Shown piece by piece: positions 22,301 through 31,357 of a stretch of 64,000 nucleotides of DNA. Position numbers and translations under genes: made by a program. A model generated the notes under the pieces. It was not told the DNA's origin, made no database searches, and saw only the letters and a list, made by a program, of their open reading frames with translations. This DNA comes from an uncultured Gammaproteobacteria bacterium. Lineage in GTDB: Bacteria; Pseudomonadota; Gammaproteobacteria; JACCXJ01. The first letter of the stretch is position 1. The number at the start of each line of letters is the position of its first letter. The stretch lies in contig CAVXTM010000010.1 in the NCBI GenBank assembly GCA_963764725.1, forward strand, positions 32,001-96,000, written 5' to 3'.

Positions 22301-24184
22301 GCGCACGGCATCGACGTCGAAACCCTCGCCCTCGCCATGCTTGAGCTGAAACTCTTGGATCCACACCGCCGCAGCCGGTGCTTTGATCTCGTAAGAACGA
22401 TCGGAGGCTACCGTGACACCCATGTTCTCGAGCATCGGCAAGACACCCGAGAGCGGAATCGAGGCGCGCGGGCGATAAAGCTTGAACGACAGCTCAGCGG
22501 CGGTGATCTCCGGAGCGCCGAAGAGATGCATCTCCAAGCGGCCGCTGGCGAGAGCCGACTCGATCTCGCCAATGTCATAGACTGTGCTCCGGGCGCTGAA
22601 GTCCTCCCGATACGCGACCGGAAAGGCATCGCGATAGCGGCCGAACAAATCATTGCCGGTCTCCTCCCCGTGCGCCTCCAAGAGCGCTTCGTGCAATCGG
22701 TCCTGCCAGGAACGTGTGGCCTCCGCGAGACGGGCCTCGATTTCTTGTACATCGTAATCCGCGCGGCCGCCGGACTTGGCGTGGACGATGAAATGGATGC
22801 GCGCCAAAGGCGATTCGGAGAGCGCCACCGTGAATTCCACCTCGGATGCGTCGAACGCGATGCGCAAGATCGCCTGCATGCGCTGCCGCAGCTCGGTGTG
22901 GAAGCGATCGCGCGGGGTGAACACCAGGCAAGAAAAGAAGCGGCCGTACGGATCCTCGCGCACGAACAGACGCACCCGCTGGCGTTCCTGAAGATGCATG
23001 ATCTCCATCGCGAATTGCAGCAACTCATCCTCGCCGATCTGGAACAATTCATCGCGCGGATAGGAGTCGAGGACAAACAAGAGCGCGCGCCGCGAGTAGC
23101 TTCCCGGGAGTAACCCGGAGCGCGCGATCACCCGCTCGATCTTATGACGCAGCAAGGGGATGGTCTTGGGATCGCTCTGGTAGGCGCTCGCGGTATACAA
23201 TCCCAAGAACCGGTGCTCACCGATCACCTCCGCCTTAGCGCCGAAGCGTTTCACGCCGATGTAATCGAGATAGCCGGGGCGGTGCACGGTCGAGCGCGAG
23301 CTCGACTTGGTGACGATGAGAGGATAGGGATCGAGGGCCAGGCGCTTGATCTCGGCGGGGAGCTCCGCGAAGCTGCGCGAGATTGCGGGCGCCATGCGCT
23401 CGCGTAGCAGACCGAGGCTGGATCCCGCTTCCACGGCGAGCTCTTCCGCCCCGTTGCTCCGGATGAGCCGATGGTTGCGGTATCCGAGCAGGACGAAGTT
23501 ATCCTGGGCTACCCATTCGAGAAAGGCAAGAGATTCGGGCACCGCCGGGTGCACCGGCGGGTGCGCGGATAGCTCTTGCAAGGCTCGTGACAGAGCGGCG
23601 CGCATCTGCGGCCAATCCTCGACCGCCATGCGCACATCATCGAGCGCCCGATGGAGGTCCTCTGTTAGCCGCTCCAAGGCCTGCGCGTCGGACTCGCGAT
23701 TGACCTCGGCATGGATAATCGACTCGAGGCCGCCCGCGTTGGCGTCCAGATCATGAACCGTCAGGAGATCCCCTTCAGGGTCGCGTTCCAAGCGCATGAT
23801 CGGGTGCACGATGAGGTGTACCGTGAACCCATGGCGATTGAGCGCCATGCTCACCGAATCCACCAAGAACGGCATGTCGTCGGTAACGATTTCTATGATC
23901 GTGTGGGTGGATTGCCAGCCATGCTTCTCGAAGCTCGGGTTGTACACACACAGCTTGCGATGGCCGGGCGCCCGGCGCCGCGCAAGCGTCCAGTGAACGA
24001 CGGCGGCGCCGAATAGATCTAGGGGCTGACTTTCGGCGAGGTCATCGGCCGCGACCCCAAGATAATACTGGCGCACGAAGCGCACGGCCGGCTCGGCATC
24101 CTCGGGGGCGAAGCGTTCGCGTGCGAGCGCGGCGAGATCGTCGATGAGCCCGGCTTTCCACTGTTCCGTACGCGCCGAAATCAT
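19343..24184 (-). CDS. gdhB: Large NAD-specific glutamate dehydrogenase
   Basis: 1613 aa; [15 protein letters not shown]...[44 protein letters not shown]. Confidence 0.95.
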   Translation of the reverse strand: [1613 protein letters not shown]

Positions 24185-24228
24185 TAGCAGAAAGACGCTA
24201 CCGTTCGCGAGGAGTTGCGAGACCAGAG

Positions 24229-25545
24229 CTAGGTAACACTCTTGATGAAAACCTTTGAATTGCGTTGATAGTTATACAGACCCTGCCGCGCGACGGGCAA
24301 GTCCTCGATACGCGCTTCCGTAAAGCCGCGCTCGATAAACCAATGGGCGGTGTGCGTGGTCAGTACGAACAAGGTTGTGAGACCTAAGCTTCGGGCGTTG
24401 GCTTCTAAATCGAGAAACAACTGGCTGCCGCGTCCCGCATCTTGGTAACTCGGGTGCACCGCAAGGCACGCAAGCTCGGCTACGCTTTCACGGGGATAAG
24501 GATACAGGGCTGCGCATCCGATGATGGCCCCATCCCGCACCAGTACGGTGAAATGATCCATTTCCATCTCAAGCTTCTCTCTTGAACGCCGCACCAGCAC
24601 CCCTTGGGCTTCGAGCGGCGCGATAAGCTCCAAGACGCCGCCGACATCATCGATTGTCGCCGGGCGTAGGTCATCGAAACGCGCCGCGCTCACCAGGGTC
24701 CCAATCCCGTCACGCTGAAACAACTCCAGCAGTAATGCCCCATCGGTGGCCTGGTCAATCAAATGCGTCCGGCCGACGCCGTTGCGCGAGGCTCGGATGG
24801 CGCACTCGAGCTCCGAGAGATCGTCGCCCGCGCTTCTGCGCTCGATGAGAAACTGCTGGGCTTCATGGTCCGTGAGCTGACGGACCAAGGTGCCCGATCC
24901 ATCCAGCACTCCGGGGGCGGCGAGCATGAAGATCAACTTGCTCGCACGCAGGCTGATCGCTACCGCCGTCGCGACCTCATCCGCATCAAGGTTGAACACC
25001 TCGCCGGACGGTGAATAACCCACGGGCGGGATCACAACGATATCGCCCTGATTCAATTGGGCATGGATGGCTTCCGCATCGACCCGCCGCACCTCCCCGG
25101 TATAGCGCAGATCGGTTCCGTCGCGCACACCCGAGGGCTTGGCCGTGATGAAGTTTCCCGAGGCGACGCGGATGCTGGCGTTAGCCATGGGCGAATTGGG
25201 CAGCCCCAGCGACAAGAGGGCTTCGATCTCGATACGCACGAGGCCGGCCGCCTCTTTCACACACCCGAGCGCCCGCTCGTCGGTCACCCGGAGACCATTG
25301 ACATAATGCATATCCGCGCGCGCGCTCTGTAGGCGCGCCTCGATCTGAGGCCGCGTGCCATACACCAAGACTTGCCGGATCCCCAGGCTATTGAGCAAGG
25401 CGATGTCATGTATCAGGCTCGGAAACCCTCGATCTAGGACCATCTCCCCGCCGAAACAGATGACGAAGGTGCGGCCGCGGTGATTATGGACATAGGGCGA
25501 TACGGCGCGAAACCAATCGACGAAATCTTGCGGGCCGGCCGGCAT
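24229..25545 (-). CDS. argA: Amino-acid N-acetyltransferase (N-acetylglutamate synthase)
   Basis: FVDWFR..SPYVH.HRGRTFV kinase-like domain plus C-terminal GNAT (HWFIERGF, YNYQRNSK); start at MPAGPQ. Confidence 0.93.
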   Translation of the reverse strand: MPAGPQDFVDWFRAVSPYVHNHRGRTFVICFGGEMVLDRGFPSLIHDIALLNSLGIRQVLVYGTRPQIEARLQSARADMHYVNGLRVTDERALGCVKEAAGLVRIEIEALLSLGLPNSPMANASIRVASGNFITAKPSGVRDGTDLRYTGEVRRVDAEAIHAQLNQGDIVVIPPVGYSPSGEVFNLDADEVATAVAISLRASKLIFMLAAPGVLDGSGTLVRQLTDHEAQQFLIERRSAGDDLSELECAIRASRNGVGRTHLIDQATDGALLLELFQRDGIGTLVSAARFDDLRPATIDDVGGVLELIAPLEAQGVLVRRSREKLEMEMDHFTVLVRDGAIIGCAALYPYPRESVAELACLAVHPSYQDAGRGSQLFLDLEANARSLGLTTLFVLTTHTAHWFIERGFTEARIEDLPVARQGLYNYQRNSKVFIKSVT

Positions 25546-25550
25546 TGCTT

Positions 25551-26709
25551 TCAAGCCCCGAGGCAATACTCGGCGATCAACGCTTCGAGAATCGACTGCA
25601 TCGGAGCCAAGCGCGCGCCGTCCACATACTCGTCGGGCTGATGAGCCTGCGCGATGTCCGCCGGCCCGCAGACGACGGTCTCGATGCCGAGCGCGTTCAG
25701 GAACGGCCCCTCGGTCGCGAAGCTGACCGTACCCGCGGGGAGGCCGGTGAGCCGTTCGAGCGATTGCACGATCGCCGAGTCGCGATCGGTCTTCATGGCG
25801 CCGATGCCCGCCACCAACGGCCGTACCTCGAAGGCGAGACCGCTCCCCTCGACGGCCCGCTCGACGCGCTTGGCGAGCGCTTGGTGTAGCGTATCCAACG
25901 GCATGCCCGGCAAAGTGCGGATATCGATCTGGATCTCGCATTCGGCGCAGATCCGGTTAGGGCTGTCGCCGCCGTGGATATTACCGAGATTAAGCGTCGG
26001 CTCCGGGACCTCGAAATCATGATCCGCATACTCCGCCTGCAGCTCGCCTCGCCATTCCATCAGGGCGCCCAGGACCCGGTACATACCGTCGATCGCATTC
26101 TTCCCGAGCTTCGGGTTGCTCGCATGCCCGGAACGCCCGCGGAGCCGAATGGATTCCAGCGTTACGCCTTTGTGCATATAGACAGGCTTAAGGGCCGTGG
26201 GCTCGCCGATGAGCGCGTAGCGCCCAAGCTTCTCGCCTGCGGCTGCGAGGGCGCGCATCCCGGCCATCGAGCACTCCTCGTCGGCGGTCGCGAGGACGAC
26301 GAGCGGACGCGTCAACGCCCGGAGATCCATAGTGCCAGCCGCGGCGAGGATCAAGGGGAAAAAATTCTTCATGTCGGCCGCACCGAGACCATAGAGCCTC
26401 CCGTCCCGCTCGGTGAGCGTGAAGGGATCAGTCGAACCAGTTGCCCTCGTCATAGGGCACGGTATCGGTGTGCCCGGAAAGGACCAAGCCCCCTTCTCCC
26501 GGACCGCTACGGGCGATCAGATTGAGCTTATCGGGATGATGCCGAAGCGGCATCAGCTCGGTTTGAAACCCCAGGTTCTCGCACCAATCCGCCAGGCATT
26601 CGACCACGGCGCGGTTGCCGTGGTCGTAGCGCGGATCGACGCTGCTCATCGAGGGGATCGCGATGAGCTGCGATAGCATTTGCACTAACGTAGGCAGTTG
26701 CGCCGCCAT
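25551..26709 (-). pseudogene. argE: Acetylornithine deacetylase, split by a +1 frameshift near 26436
   Basis: MAAQLP...SGHTDTVP in one frame; DPFTLTE..LYGLGAADMK, ADEE, IGEPT, AHQPDEY in the next; extra T in TGGTTCGACT; could be a sequencing error. Confidence 0.85.
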
Positions 26710-26784
26710 GTAAGGCCGCTCAAAGTCATGGAAAGCGGGATTGTACACGGGCCATGCGCTCAAGGCATCGGACCGTTGTGATGA
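26706..26784. repeat. argE start/upstream segment, copy A (similar copy B at 30774-30862)
   Basis: ~80-bp imperfect direct repeat GCCGCTCAAAGTCATG...GGCCATGCGC.CAAGGCATCG...GTTGTGATGA. Confidence 0.9.
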
Positions 26785-29226
26785 GGTAGTGTTTCAGTTT
26801 AAGTTTCGGCTTCCGACCCTTACGCGACGTTGCGGATCGAGTCGCGGCTGTCATACGGTCCTTGTTGCACCGGAGACGCTACTGGGCCAGGCAGCATTTT
26901 TTGTATTTCTTCCCACTTCCGCAGGGACAGGGATCATTACGGCCGACCTTTCTGTTTTTCGCGGCGGCCGCAACAATCTTTGCTGGTCTCTCGCCGACCC
27001 GAAGATGCTTGGTGAGTTCGTCCATCCTCCCGCTGCGCTCCCATTTGTAGTCCAAGCAAAGCCCGAATCTCAACGATGCTTCCTCGGGAAGGACGCATAC
27101 GCCAAACCAAGTCCTCGCCTTTTCAGTGTACTTTCGCATCTCGCAGTGCCCCTGCAACCTGGGACCCGAAATGTCGATCGGATCACTGTTGCAATGGATT
27201 GTGAGGCCCGTGCCCGCTGCTGTTATTCCTACCGTCAAATCGTGATGCTTGCGGTCCATTCGCGCCTGTTTTGCAATGTGGTCTATTCCGTTACTCACAT
27301 CGTTGACGGTGTCTTCGCTCAGAGTCAGCAGCAGAAACCCGAGGTCGATAGTCCCAGGGTCTGGCCTTGCCTCTATCTCGCGAACGATTTTTCCGATAGA
27401 AGTCGCCGCAGAACGGGTCAATATGCCGTCCGGAGTTGGCTTGCCAGGAATTCCGTCTCGGCGCACAGCCATGGCAACGTCTAAGTCCGATGAAATATCA
27501 TCAGACAACATCACCATGTCGTGCTCGTCGTCGAACCACAGGTTGTTCTTGAGATGATACGAAAGGATCGTCAACTCGTGCGACGCAAGTAGCCGATCCG
27601 AATAGTTCGTACGGCGATTCGTATAGCTTAGGAAATGCAACGGCGACTGAAGCATCTCAGTCATTGCATCCAGCAGAAAGACGTCCATGACGAAAGGAGG
27701 CTGAATCGTTTCTGTCTGCTCGAATCGGAGGAATTGGCGTGCCTGAAACGCAAGTGCCGGATAATGATCAGCTACCACGCAGAAGATGTATATCTCTTTG
27801 AGGGGGACCGGTATCTGAACTTCTCTGGAGTCAGCGGTCACCAGCTTGTAGATGGAGTCAGACAGGAGCTTTGCGCATTTGTATCCTTGGTCGTGCGAGT
27901 CTTGAATGCTCTTCTTAAAGTCGTCCTTGATGCGGCCGTCGTGTCCCTTGCGTGCTTCCAGAGTCAACCGCTTGGACTTCGCCTGAAGGACGATAGCTCT
28001 ATTTGCAAAGACGACCAGAACGTCGATCTCACCGGCTTTCCTCCCTTTGGCCCCAACGATGTAGACGTTGGAATAGACCTTGTCCTGCCCGAACACGAGT
28101 TCGAGTCGCTTGCGTGAAAATTCCTCAGTAAAGCGTCCCCTGTGACGCACGGCGTCGTTCACATAAGTCTTGTCGGCGCCCATCCAGTAGAAGGGCACTT
28201 CGTACAACGCCTCTACGAGGTTGTACGTCTGAAACAGTATGAATTCATCGCTGTTAAGACGAAGCAACGGTGAAGCGTTTGTAGCGTTGAAATCGTTGAT
28301 CGCCCGAAATCCACTATTGTTCTCACTTGGCGGCAACGAGAACGCGAGGAGCACTCTTTCGACATCGGCGATATCACAACCCGATTGGTCGGCCACCTCT
28401 AGCGCAGAAAATGTAAACCCAGGAAGCATTGTCCACTGCTCCGGCGGAGCCTTCTTGAGTGCCTTCAGTGTCGAGGCTGTTTTTCTGTTCTGAATCTCGC
28501 TCACTGCACGAACGACATTGCTTGCCTGCTGGATTGAGAAACCCTTATTGGTGATCAGCCAGGCGTCATCGTTCGCGTATTTTTTGATGGCTAGATCCCG
28601 GTATTGAAAGGTGTAGGCAGATTCGCCTCCATAGAAAATCGGCTCCCTCAATGCTGCTCCACTTGTTAATGGGTTCTCAGCTAGCTTTGCAGACATGGAG
28701 TTGTGCATTTCCTGGAGCAACGCTTCGGTTTTCTCCAAATAGTTTTGCATCACTACTGGCGTTGGCAGCGAGTAATTGATTTTTCCCTTGATAAGTAACC
28801 CGATCAGAGTGGAGATCTCAGTGCGTACCAATCTGTCCATTGAAAATAGATGCGGCATGTCTTCGGCCGTCATTTCTCCTTCGTAGCCGACCATGTTGTC
28901 TCGGAAGCACAGGTACGCTATTGCGTGCGCATACCCCGGCGAAGCACATATCTTCGCGAGGTCATCAAAGATTTCTTGCTCTTCGCGCATTTCTTACGTA
29001 ACTTGAAGTGTTCGCTGACACGTTGATCGCGCCCAGCTTCGGCACTTCTGCGTGTCCAGTGCGACTGTAGATCCTGCCGCATTACTAGAGAGCCGTCGTG
29101 CTCTCCGCGCGCCACCGCTCAGTGACCGCTACAGGAACAGGCTCATCAACGTCCGGAACTGGCCGAGGCTGTGTGGGTTTTTACACAACCTCGGCCGATA
29201 GCCGAAATTCAATCTGAGACACTACC
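26785..29226. mobile_element. Non-autonomous IR-bounded element carrying the NERD/SEC-C gene
   Basis: Left IR GGTAGTGTTTCAGTTTAAGTTTCGGCT (26785-26811); right IR 29200-29226 matches 23/27; flanks TGTGATGA / TGTGATAA. Confidence 0.8.
26879..28990 (-). CDS. NERD / PD-(D/E)XK nuclease-like protein with C-terminal SEC-C motif
   Basis: GEIDVLV...LQAKSK motif; GRNDPCPCGSGKKYKKCC. Confidence 0.85.
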   Translation of the reverse strand: MREEQEIFDDLAKICASPGYAHAIAYLCFRDNMVGYEGEMTAEDMPHLFSMDRLVRTEISTLIGLLIKGKINYSLPTPVVMQNYLEKTEALLQEMHNSMSAKLAENPLTSGAALREPIFYGGESAYTFQYRDLAIKKYANDDAWLITNKGFSIQQASNVVRAVSEIQNRKTASTLKALKKAPPEQWTMLPGFTFSALEVADQSGCDIADVERVLLAFSLPPSENNSGFRAINDFNATNASPLLRLNSDEFILFQTYNLVEALYEVPFYWMGADKTYVNDAVRHRGRFTEEFSRKRLELVFGQDKVYSNVYIVGAKGRKAGEIDVLVVFANRAIVLQAKSKRLTLEARKGHDGRIKDDFKKSIQDSHDQGYKCAKLLSDSIYKLVTADSREVQIPVPLKEIYIFCVVADHYPALAFQARQFLRFEQTETIQPPFVMDVFLLDAMTEMLQSPLHFLSYTNRRTNYSDRLLASHELTILSYHLKNNLWFDDEHDMVMLSDDISSDLDVAMAVRRDGIPGKPTPDGILTRSAATSIGKIVREIEARPDPGTIDLGFLLLTLSEDTVNDVSNGIDHIAKQARMDRKHHDLTVGITAAGTGLTIHCNSDPIDISGPRLQGHCEMRKYTEKARTWFGVCVLPEEASLRFGLCLDYKWERSGRMDELTKHLRVGERPAKIVAAAAKNRKVGRNDPCPCGSGKKYKKCCLAQ

Positions 29227-29293
29227 TGTGATAACGGCGGCGCCAATATCCCATTAGCCAACGTAGCGTGCGCCGTGCGCACGAACTACGATT

Positions 29294-29482
29294 TTATGAT
29301 AACGGCTCTCCGCCGCGAGCATTGGCCTCGAAGAGCGCCTCCTGGAAGTCCAGCGCAGCGCCTTGGAGGCGTTGTGTGATGACGAAGCGCTGTGCCTTCG
29401 GGAAGCGATCGCACTGCGGGAGCAGCCAGGTTAGCAAGTCGTAGGTCTGGGTTAGAATTACCAGCTCTTTGGCATCCGACAT
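29294..29482 (-). pseudogene. avd: DGR accessory protein Avd-like (four-helix bundle), truncated
   Basis: ELVILTQTYDLLTWLLP...FPKAQRFVITQRLQ..ALDFQE.L; only 62 aa. Confidence 0.75.
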
Positions 29483-29539
29483 GACGAGGAGGATCTGCTA
29501 AATAGTCTCTCGTAATTTCTTGAGCTCGCCCTATTCAAT

Positions 29540-29701
29540 GTAGGGTGGGTGAGCCGCGGCGGCGTTACCCACCAACCGTCGGCCGCAGGCCGACACCTTG
29601 AGGTAAGGAGGCCCGCTACGCGGGCCGAGTCGGTGGGTTGCGGCATAAACAGCATGCCGAACCCACCCTACATTTCCGGAGTCTACAATTTCAAACATCT
29701 T
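29540..29701. repeat. GTAG-type REP doublet (REPIN-like); inverted copy at 51631-51809
   Basis: GTAGGGTGGG...CCCACCCTAC termini with internal hairpins; shared sequence with the second copy. Confidence 0.85.
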
Positions 29702-29796
29702 CGGGCTACGTTTCAACGCAATAACGGCGTGGGATAACCTGTGGCTGGAGCACCTGGTTCAAGGCGATATCCGCTTCCTGCTCGCCGGGTTCAATA

Positions 29797-30756
29797 CTAT
29801 CGAGATGGGCCGGACCACTGCCCTTCGAGCTGCGCTGCTCCCGCAGGCGGAGCGCCGGTCGTGTTGTTGCCCCTGGAGACCGCCTCGATCTCGGCCTTGA
29901 GTTCCTCGACTTGCTGTACCGCTGCAGCTTGCTTGTCTGTTGGCGCCTGTTGCGCGACAACGGCCAGCAGGGACGCGAACAGTGGTTCCAAGTCCTTTGG
30001 CGAAATGCCCTGGGTAATCCTGTCGCGCCCGACGAAGTCACGGCCCGCGTGCGCGTCGCCGCCGACGTAGGCGCCACCGCCGGTATCGGTGTTCGTCTGC
30101 GTGCCGGTGTTGACGTTCCCGGTGTTTTTGCCGCCGACATGGACGCCACGGGCGCCGACCGCGGTCGCGCCCGGTCCTTGCGCGATCGCACCACTGCCGG
30201 CGAGGGTCGCCTGGTAGGTGTTGCCGTGAGGCGCGGCGGCGTCACCCTTGTCCGGCTTGAATTCCATGAAGCCGCCTGCAGCAAGCTTGTCCAGTTGCTG
30301 AGTGAAATGGAGTAACAGGCCCTCGGTGTTCTTGTAGCGAGTGTAGAAATGTCCTAGGGCGTCCAGCTTCTCCTGGAACGCAAACAGGCTCATCAAGTCC
30401 TTCTTGTTGGCACTGCTGAGGCTGACTTCGGCCTCCTTGAAGTAAGTGAAGATGAATGGCTTGTGGGTGGATTTGAATTGTTTGAAGGCGTGCTCGAACT
30501 CTTCCTCTGTGTACTTGCCGACCTTGGTCCAGAACAGCATCACGAAAATGTCGCACTCCCGGATGGCTTTGTTGTATTCGTCCTGTAGCCGGCTCTGCGA
30601 CATGGCGTCGAGGAAATCCTCCCACATGACGAGTTCAAGGTAGACGCCTTGATCTACCCAATGCTTGTTCTTGCGATTGATGAAGATCTCGAACTCTTTC
30701 CGGTCCTCCTTCAATTCAGCGGAGGAGGCGAGAAATATTTTCTTCGTTTGCGTCAT
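29797..30756 (-). CDS. TIR/DUF4062-like domain protein with Gly/Asn/Thr-rich amyloid-like tail
   Basis: KIFLASSAEL..DR...WED...CDIFVMLFWTKVGKYT.EEF; then GAIAQG...GVHVGG.NTGNVNTG...GRDFVGRD. Confidence 0.75.
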   Translation of the reverse strand: MTQTKKIFLASSAELKEDRKEFEIFINRKNKHWVDQGVYLELVMWEDFLDAMSQSRLQDEYNKAIRECDIFVMLFWTKVGKYTEEEFEHAFKQFKSTHKPFIFTYFKEAEVSLSSANKKDLMSLFAFQEKLDALGHFYTRYKNTEGLLLHFTQQLDKLAAGGFMEFKPDKGDAAAPHGNTYQATLAGSGAIAQGPGATAVGARGVHVGGKNTGNVNTGTQTNTDTGGGAYVGGDAHAGRDFVGRDRITQGISPKDLEPLFASLLAVVAQQAPTDKQAAAVQQVEELKAEIEAVSRGNNTTGAPPAGAAQLEGQWSGPSR

Positions 30757-30773
30757 GGTGTTTCCTTGTACCG

Positions 30774-30862
30774 GCATGTAATGCCGCTCAAAGTCATGAA
30801 AAGCAAGATTGTACATGGGCCATGCGCGCAAGGCATCGCGTCGTTGTGATGACGGCGGCGCC
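30774..30862. repeat. argE upstream copy B containing the uninterrupted (empty) insertion site
   Basis: Matches 26706-26784, then single TGTGATGA (30845-30852) followed by CGGCGGCGCC, the same sequence found right of the 29226 IR. Confidence 0.85.
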
Positions 30863-30931
30863 GGATGAGATGAAATTTTGCTGCGTTTCCTACGCTGCTT
30901 TGGCCCCCTCCGGGGCATCCGTGCTACGTGC

Positions 30932-31357
30932 TCAGCCCATCCGCGACCCAGAGCCTTCCAGTTCTATTAGAAACGCCGCCACCGTAAGGATAGCGATACC
31001 TCGAAATGGATGCTGCATCAGCAGATCCTTGTCGCCGGTCAGAATGCGATCCGCGTCACCGCAGACCGCCAGTTCGAGGAACTTGTTATCTCTTCGATCA
31101 CGGCAGGCGGTGATTTCCTGGTCAATCTTGACCTCCTCACCCGTGGCGATGAACTCGGCGATAAAGGCGCGGGCGGTTTCCGCTTCAATATACCGGGCAA
31201 ACTTCGGTCGAGTGAGCACCTCAGCCAACTCGGCCAAGGTGGCGGAAGAATACAGCAGCGTGTGTTTAGCCGTAACATGATCCAGGACTGGAATGAGCGG
31301 CGAATTTGGATGGATGAGGTAACTGACCCACAGGTTGGTGTCTACCACCACCCTCAT
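30932..31357 (-). CDS. PIN-domain putative toxin
   Basis: VVVDTN, CRD..DNKFLELA..G.AD.ILTGDKDLL. Confidence 0.9.
   Translation of the reverse strand: MRVVVDTNLWVSYLIHPNSPLIPVLDHVTAKHTLLYSSATLAELAEVLTRPKFARYIEAETARAFIAEFIATGEEVKIDQEITACRDRRDNKFLELAVCGDADRILTGDKDLLMQHPFRGIAILTVAAFLIELEGSGSRMG

Noticed and set aside
25546-25941. N-terminal extension of ArgA in the 570-aa ORF call
   Set aside because: It overlaps argE in another frame; ArgA similarity starts at MPAGPQDFVDWFR (25545).
26879-28990. SecA translocase
   Set aside because: Only the C-terminal SEC-C motif is shared; there are no helicase/ATPase motifs.
29458-29737. Short ORFs here and at 51616-51867 sharing peptides such as VGWVRHAVYAATH
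   Set aside because: They are translations of the REP doublet, not proteins.
29294-29800. Complete diversity-generating retroelement
   Set aside because: Avd is truncated, and no RT gene or adenine-mismatched TR/VR pair was found in the window.
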